Origin: an uncultured Deferribacteres bacterium
GTDB taxonomy: Bacteria > Zhuqueibacterota > Zhuqueibacteria > Zhuqueibacterales > Geothermadaptataceae
Length of the DNA: 39,859 nucleotides
Reading direction: 5' to 3'
Assembly: GCA_964014485.1 (NCBI GenBank)
Contig: CAXHAT010000060.1
Span: 1-39,859, forward strand
Below, one piece after another: positions 35,200 to 39,859 of the stretch. Positions within the stretch are counted from its first letter, which is position 1. The number at the start of each line of letters is the position of its first letter. Made by a program: the position numbers and the translations under genes. The notes beneath the pieces are model-generated. The model saw nothing but the letters and a program-made list of their open reading frames with translations, did no database searches and was not told the DNA's origin.

Positions 35200-35931
35200 T
35201 CACCACTTATATTTCTTGATCGATTCTCTTGTGCTGTTGTTTAGCTTCCACCTTAAATCAAATTTGAAAAAGAGGATGAATAACAAGCTTCCAGCACACA
35301 TACAAACTATCATAGTTTGTATATTCTCATTAAGTTGAGAGAAACATAAAATTATAGATAATGCTCCGTATATCAAAGCCGTTACAGCCATTGTCAACAG
35401 CACAATCCCGTGAAATTCGTTTAGTTCTTTCAAAAAGTCTACAGAAAAATCTTCATCTTCTAAACGGAAATGCTCTCTGAGTACGTCCTTTGTTTGATCG
35501 GTTGTTTTTTTGTGTTTAATGAAAGAATTAAGGTATGCAAGAAACCCCCAGACCGTAGTAATTGTGAGCCATAGAGAAAAGTCAAAAGTGGAGCCAGCTT
35601 CATTTCTTATATTTGTGATTAACCAATACTGTGTCCATGCAAAGCCCAAAGGTACTAATGTATCAAACATATCCAGCCGCCAAGAGATATATTGATCATG
35701 TGTGATATATCTATGCCAAATCAAACCAATTACCAGTAAGGTGATTATGCTCTTGGCTATAATGGAAGCGGAAATATCCGGCTGCTGACTAACGTGAATC
35801 AAAAGGCCTCCAATTGCAAATGCTTGGACGACACTGACCAATGTATTGTATACTGAAGCAAAGTATGGAGCAACCGGCTCATGCAAGACGTTTTTTGCGC
35901 TACCGCTTCTGGATTTGTGCTGTGATGTCAT
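35200..35931 (-). CDS. Multi-pass membrane protein, paralog of 34519..35169
   Basis: 243 aa, about 6 hydrophobic segments, AT-rich. Confidence 0.75.
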   Translation of the reverse strand: MTSQHKSRSGSAKNVLHEPVAPYFASVYNTLVSVVQAFAIGGLLIHVSQQPDISASIIAKSIITLLVIGLIWHRYITHDQYISWRLDMFDTLVPLGFAWTQYWLITNIRNEAGSTFDFSLWLTITTVWGFLAYLNSFIKHKKTTDQTKDVLREHFRLEDEDFSVDFLKELNEFHGIVLLTMAVTALIYGALSIILCFSQLNENIQTMIVCMCAGSLLFILFFKFDLRWKLNNSTRESIKKYKW

Positions 35932-35969
35932 TTATTTGGCCATTTTGAATCCAATCTTAACGAACCGCT

Positions 35970-37295
35970 TTAAGCTAAGAATTCTTCGGCTTGTGTCCCC
36001 TTGTTAACGAACATTTTAGTATAGCATCTCTCCAATGCCCCATCCAAAACTCGCAGAAAATCATCCACCTCGCTCTTGGAGATGTTGAGCGCGGGGGCGA
36101 TGCGGGCGACGTTGCCGTGCAGGCCGCCCTTGCCGATCAAAACGCCGTCTTTTTTGGTTTCTTCCATCAGTCGCGCGACAATTGTTGCGTCGGGGGTTTT
36201 GTTTTCGCCGACAAATTCGAGCGCTTGCATCAAGCCCATACCGCGCACGTCGCCAATGGCCGGATATTTTTGTTGCAAATCTTCCAGCCCCTGCCGCAGA
36301 TAGCCGCCCATGATGTGCGCGTTTTCCGCCAGGTTTTCTTCTTCAATTTCCTGAATCGTCGCCAGCGCGGCGGCCATGGAAACCGGGTTGCCGCCAAAGG
36401 TTGAAATCGTCAGGCCGGTAAAGCTGTCGGCGATGTCGGTTCGCGCAATAGTAGCGCCGATGGGCAGGCCGTTCGCCATGCCCTTTGCCATGGTGATAAT
36501 GTCCGGCTCGACCTGCCAATGCTCGATGCCGAACATGCGTTGCCCCGTGCGTCCAAAGCCGGTTTGCACCTCGTCGCAGATGAAAACGCCGCCGTATTTT
36601 TTGATGATGGGCACGGCGACTTCGAAATATTCCTTCGGCGCGGTAATGAATCCGCCCACGCCTTGGATCGGCTCGGCGAGAAATCCGGCAATGTTTCCTG
36701 AGGTGGTCGTCAAAATGAGTTCTTCAATGTCCGTCGCGCATTTGAGATCGCAACTGGGGTAAGTCAGCCCGAACGGGCAGCGATAGCAGTAAGGATTTAC
36801 GGCGTGCTTGATCCCGGCGATGTGCGTGCCGCCGTGCCGCCAGGAGGCGTGACCCGCGAGACTCATGGCCGTCAACGAACGGCCGCTGTAGCTGTGGCGC
36901 AGAACGATAATTTCCTGACTACCGGTGTAGTGCTGCGCCATGAAAACGGCGGTTTCGTCTGCTTCGGTGCCGCTGTTGGTGAAAAACGTTTTTTGCAGTT
37001 TGCCCGGCGTGATTTGCGCCAGCTTTTCCGCGAGAGTGACAATGTTTTCGTTCGGGTAAAGTGTGGAAGTGTGCTGCAATTTTTCGTTCTGCGCCTTGAC
37101 TTTTTCAACGACTCTTGGATTGCAATGTCCGACGCTGACGGTGAGAATGCCGCCGAAAAAATCGAGATATTTGTTGCCGTCGGCGTCAAAAACGTACGAG
37201 CCGTTCCCGCGGTCGATGACGAGCGGCTCCTCGTAATAATTCGCAACGCTGGGGAACAGGTAATCTTTGTGTTTTTGCAAAACTTCGTTTTTCAT
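35970..37295 (-). CDS. Class III PLP aminotransferase (probable beta-alanine aminotransferase)
   Basis: YLDFFGG, FTNSGTEA, EPIQGVGG, DEVQTGFGRTG, MAKG and TFGGNP motifs; substrate inferred from context. Confidence 0.92.
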   Translation of the reverse strand: MKNEVLQKHKDYLFPSVANYYEEPLVIDRGNGSYVFDADGNKYLDFFGGILTVSVGHCNPRVVEKVKAQNEKLQHTSTLYPNENIVTLAEKLAQITPGKLQKTFFTNSGTEADETAVFMAQHYTGSQEIIVLRHSYSGRSLTAMSLAGHASWRHGGTHIAGIKHAVNPYCYRCPFGLTYPSCDLKCATDIEELILTTTSGNIAGFLAEPIQGVGGFITAPKEYFEVAVPIIKKYGGVFICDEVQTGFGRTGQRMFGIEHWQVEPDIITMAKGMANGLPIGATIARTDIADSFTGLTISTFGGNPVSMAAALATIQEIEEENLAENAHIMGGYLRQGLEDLQQKYPAIGDVRGMGLMQALEFVGENKTPDATIVARLMEETKKDGVLIGKGGLHGNVARIAPALNISKSEVDDFLRVLDGALERCYTKMFVNKGTQAEEFLA

Positions 37296-37345
37296 TTTGT
37301 CTCTCCATTTTAAGGTTTTAACGCGGAGTTTGGCAGTAATTTCTA

Positions 37346-37476
37346 AACGCAGAGTCGCAGAGAGCGCTGAGAAAGTTGAACTGCGTCATGAACGTCAGTT
37401 TTTTGCCTATCTCTTTTGTGAAATTTAGATTCTAAGTCTTCTCTGCGTCACTCTGCGCTCTTGGCGACTCTGCGTT
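37346..37476. repeat. Intergenic inverted repeat with CTCTGCG subrepeats
   Basis: Perfect 13-bp IR AACGCAGAGTCGC / GCGACTCTGCGTT with imperfect inward extension; three CTCTGCG units at 37441-37474. Confidence 0.8.
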
Positions 37477-37481
37477 AAAAT

Positions 37482-38813
37482 TCAATTATTCATTTTCAAC
37501 GCATCTTTCGGGTCGGGAACCCAGTGGCCGATTCCGCCCGCCAGGGGGTCGTCGAAAGCCGTCGGTACGTCGTTGTTGTCGGCGCGTTGTTTCCATGTCG
37601 TGACTTCCGTGCTTTGGTCCGTTCGCACCATGCTGATGCAGCCTTCAACCGGGCACACGAGGGCGCAGAGGTTACAACCGACGCAGTTTTCTTCGATGAT
37701 GTGCGGAATGCGGGAACCGTTCATTCCGTTCAGGCCAATCGCCTGGTGCGCGCCGTCCTCACAGGCAATGTAGCAGAGTTGGCATTCGATGCATTTTTCT
37801 TCGTTAATGTCGGCGATAATTTTGTAATTCAGGTTCAAATGCTCCCACGCTGTCACATTAGGCAGCGCTTTGCCGACCATATCGTCAATCGTCGAAAAAT
37901 TCTTCTCGCGCATGTATTGCTCTAACCCGGAGGTCATCTCGCGGATAATGCCGAATCCGTAGTGCATGGCGGCGGTGCAAACTTGCACGGTCGATGCGCC
38001 CAGAAGTAAGTGCTCAACGGCGTCGCGCCAATTCTCGATCCCGCCGATGCCGGAAATCGGCAGGCCGACGTTCGGATCTTGCGCACACTCTTTAATCATG
38101 TTCAGGGCAATCGGCTTGACCGCCGGACCGCAGTAGCCGCCGTTGGTGCTCATACCGTCAACCAGCGGATAGGGCGTGAAATTGTCGAGATCGACGCCGA
38201 CAAGACTCTGCACGGTGTTGATCAATGAAATCGCGTCGCCGCCGCCGGTTGCCGCTGCACGCGCAGGCTCGCGAATATCGGTGATGTTGGGCGTGAGTTT
38301 GACAATAACCGGTACGGTCGCGACGTCTTTAACCCATTGGGTAATCGTTTCCAACACGCGCGGTTCCTGCCCGACCGCCGATCCCATGCCGCGCTCACAC
38401 ATGCCGTGCGGACAGCCGAAATTCAACTCCAGGCCGTCGCAGCCGGCGTTTTCGCAGTCCTTGACGACTTGATTCCACTCTTCGCGGCTTTGCACCATGA
38501 GCGAGGCGATGACCGGATGATCCGGAAAATGCTTTTTGACTTCTTCAATGTCTTTGAGATTGTCGCTCAGCGGACGGTCGGTGATCAGCTCGATATTGGT
38601 GAAGCCGACCATGCGCTTGTCGCGATAATCGACGCTGCCGTAGCGGCTGGAAACATTCACAATGGGTACGCCCAGGGTTTTCCAAACCGCCCCGCCCCAG
38701 CCGGCGTCGAAGGCTTTCATGACTTGGTAGCCCGAATTCGTCGGCGGCCCCGAGGCGAGCCAGAAGGGATTCGGCGATTGGATTCCGGCGAAGTTTACGG
38801 ACAGATGGGGCAT
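37482..38813 (-). CDS. preA: NAD-dependent dihydropyrimidine dehydrogenase subunit PreA
   Basis: NPFWLASGPPT, GWGGAVWKT, ELNFGCPHGMCERGMG, GGYCGPAVKPIAL, and two C-terminal 4Fe-4S motifs. Confidence 0.96.
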   Translation of the reverse strand: MPHLSVNFAGIQSPNPFWLASGPPTNSGYQVMKAFDAGWGGAVWKTLGVPIVNVSSRYGSVDYRDKRMVGFTNIELITDRPLSDNLKDIEEVKKHFPDHPVIASLMVQSREEWNQVVKDCENAGCDGLELNFGCPHGMCERGMGSAVGQEPRVLETITQWVKDVATVPVIVKLTPNITDIREPARAAATGGGDAISLINTVQSLVGVDLDNFTPYPLVDGMSTNGGYCGPAVKPIALNMIKECAQDPNVGLPISGIGGIENWRDAVEHLLLGASTVQVCTAAMHYGFGIIREMTSGLEQYMREKNFSTIDDMVGKALPNVTAWEHLNLNYKIIADINEEKCIECQLCYIACEDGAHQAIGLNGMNGSRIPHIIEENCVGCNLCALVCPVEGCISMVRTDQSTEVTTWKQRADNNDVPTAFDDPLAGGIGHWVPDPKDALKMNN

Positions 38814-39081
38814 GGTTAGTTCTCCTTCCTATGGTGCTTATCTTAATAACTGATGTTACGCAGCTGGCCAATGGTATGGCATTTGACTAAAAGCTTTGCT
38901 CTACGCGTCATTCCTCTTATGATAAGAGGAATGACCTTGAAAAACGATTTGAAGGTCAAACAGCTCTATTTTCAATTGCAATGTTCGATTTAGCCGGAGA
39001 CCTATCTACAATTGGCAAATGCGTAACAACAGTTAATAAGCGTTGTTTGACCGATTATGGAATGACTTAAGAGCACCAATT

Positions 39082-39859
39082 TTACAATTTTTGCTGTGCC
39101 TTTTCCTGTAGAGAATCTAATTTATAAAGTCGAGCCCAGACAAAAAAGTCTCTGAAAACCGTAGCTTCGAAATGTTCAGCGAACCTTGCTGTTCTGTATC
39201 TCAGCCTTCCAATGGACAACCAAGAAAACAACATAATGAGTAAGCTAGGTCCGAAAATACTAAGTACTTTGCTCCAGCTTTGAAAATCAGTAGCCTTAAA
39301 CTGAATCTCCGATACGGCAAATACAAACGCTTCTTTTGCAAAAAGAATTGTGCTTGTCGCAATAGCAATTATTGCAATCACAACGAGACCTCGATGAAGC
39401 CGATAGATCCCACTGAACACATTTGTGCGTTCTGAAATACCTTTTTGTATTATGAGAGAGACACATCCGGCGCATTTCTTTATGAGTTCGATCATGTTGA
39501 GACTGATCATCAACGTTTATTGTAAGTGAAAGATCAAATGTCTCGTTAGCGAGTTTTATTAATTTCTCTTGATCAATTTCTTTAAGTAACTTTGGAGAAA
39601 AATAATAAGGTTTGTCCAGTGCATCTTTTAGAACCGATCTTTTTTCAATAACCCTCCCCGATCTCTCTAAAATACTGGCGATCCCCTGAGCCAAGTGCCC
39701 CATCGCATAACTGCCAGCCAAACTAAAAAGCAAAAGCACGGCTCCTGCTGCTATTCCCTTTGAGTCAAGAAACGAAAGCGGGCCAAAAACTTCATTTGAA
39801 AACCAGAAGAAAATTAGTATAAAAAACATTCCTGGAATCAAGTAAGCAACAAAATCATA
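39082..39859 (-). pseudogene. Frameshifted AT-rich membrane protein gene, 5' end outside the window
   Basis: ORFs 39296..39841 and 39082..39513 join into one plausible protein (...EMRRMCLS/LIIQKGISER...) if one CT unit is added in the CTCTCTC run near 39454-39460. Confidence 0.6.

Overview
The window has two halves. The left half (1 to ~25.0 kb, almost all minus strand) is a large reverse-transcriptase-associated type III-D CRISPR-Cas locus. In transcription order it carries cas10 (GGDD, no HD), cas7, cas5, cas11, cas7x2, csx19, cas7-insertion, a CARF protein, a 6-TM membrane protein, cas6, the leader, and an array of 24 intact 37-bp repeats plus 1 degenerate repeat. After the array come a divergent ECF sigma factor, a degenerate STAND-like protein, a stand-alone RT, cas1, cas2, a damaged PIN toxin-antitoxin pair, and a five-gene ExbB/ExbD-containing envelope operon. 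That operon ends next to an exact 56-bp copy of the cas6-leader intergenic sequence. The junction at ~25.2-26.9 kb holds a tRNA-fMet 3' fragment with flanking direct repeats (att-like) and an intact IS3-family element. The right half is a reductive pyrimidine catabolism cluster (preA, class III aminotransferase, mmsA, NCS1 permease, dihydropyrimidinase) interleaved with AT-rich cargo genes. The most notable signals are hairpin-rich spacers suggesting capture from a structured RNA replicon, a sigma/STAND-like pair ahead of the RT-cas1-cas2 module, an ExbBD-like operon inside the CRISPR locus, and CARF plus a 6-TM protein as the only visible candidate effectors. All calls are from motif recognition by eye; no searches were run.
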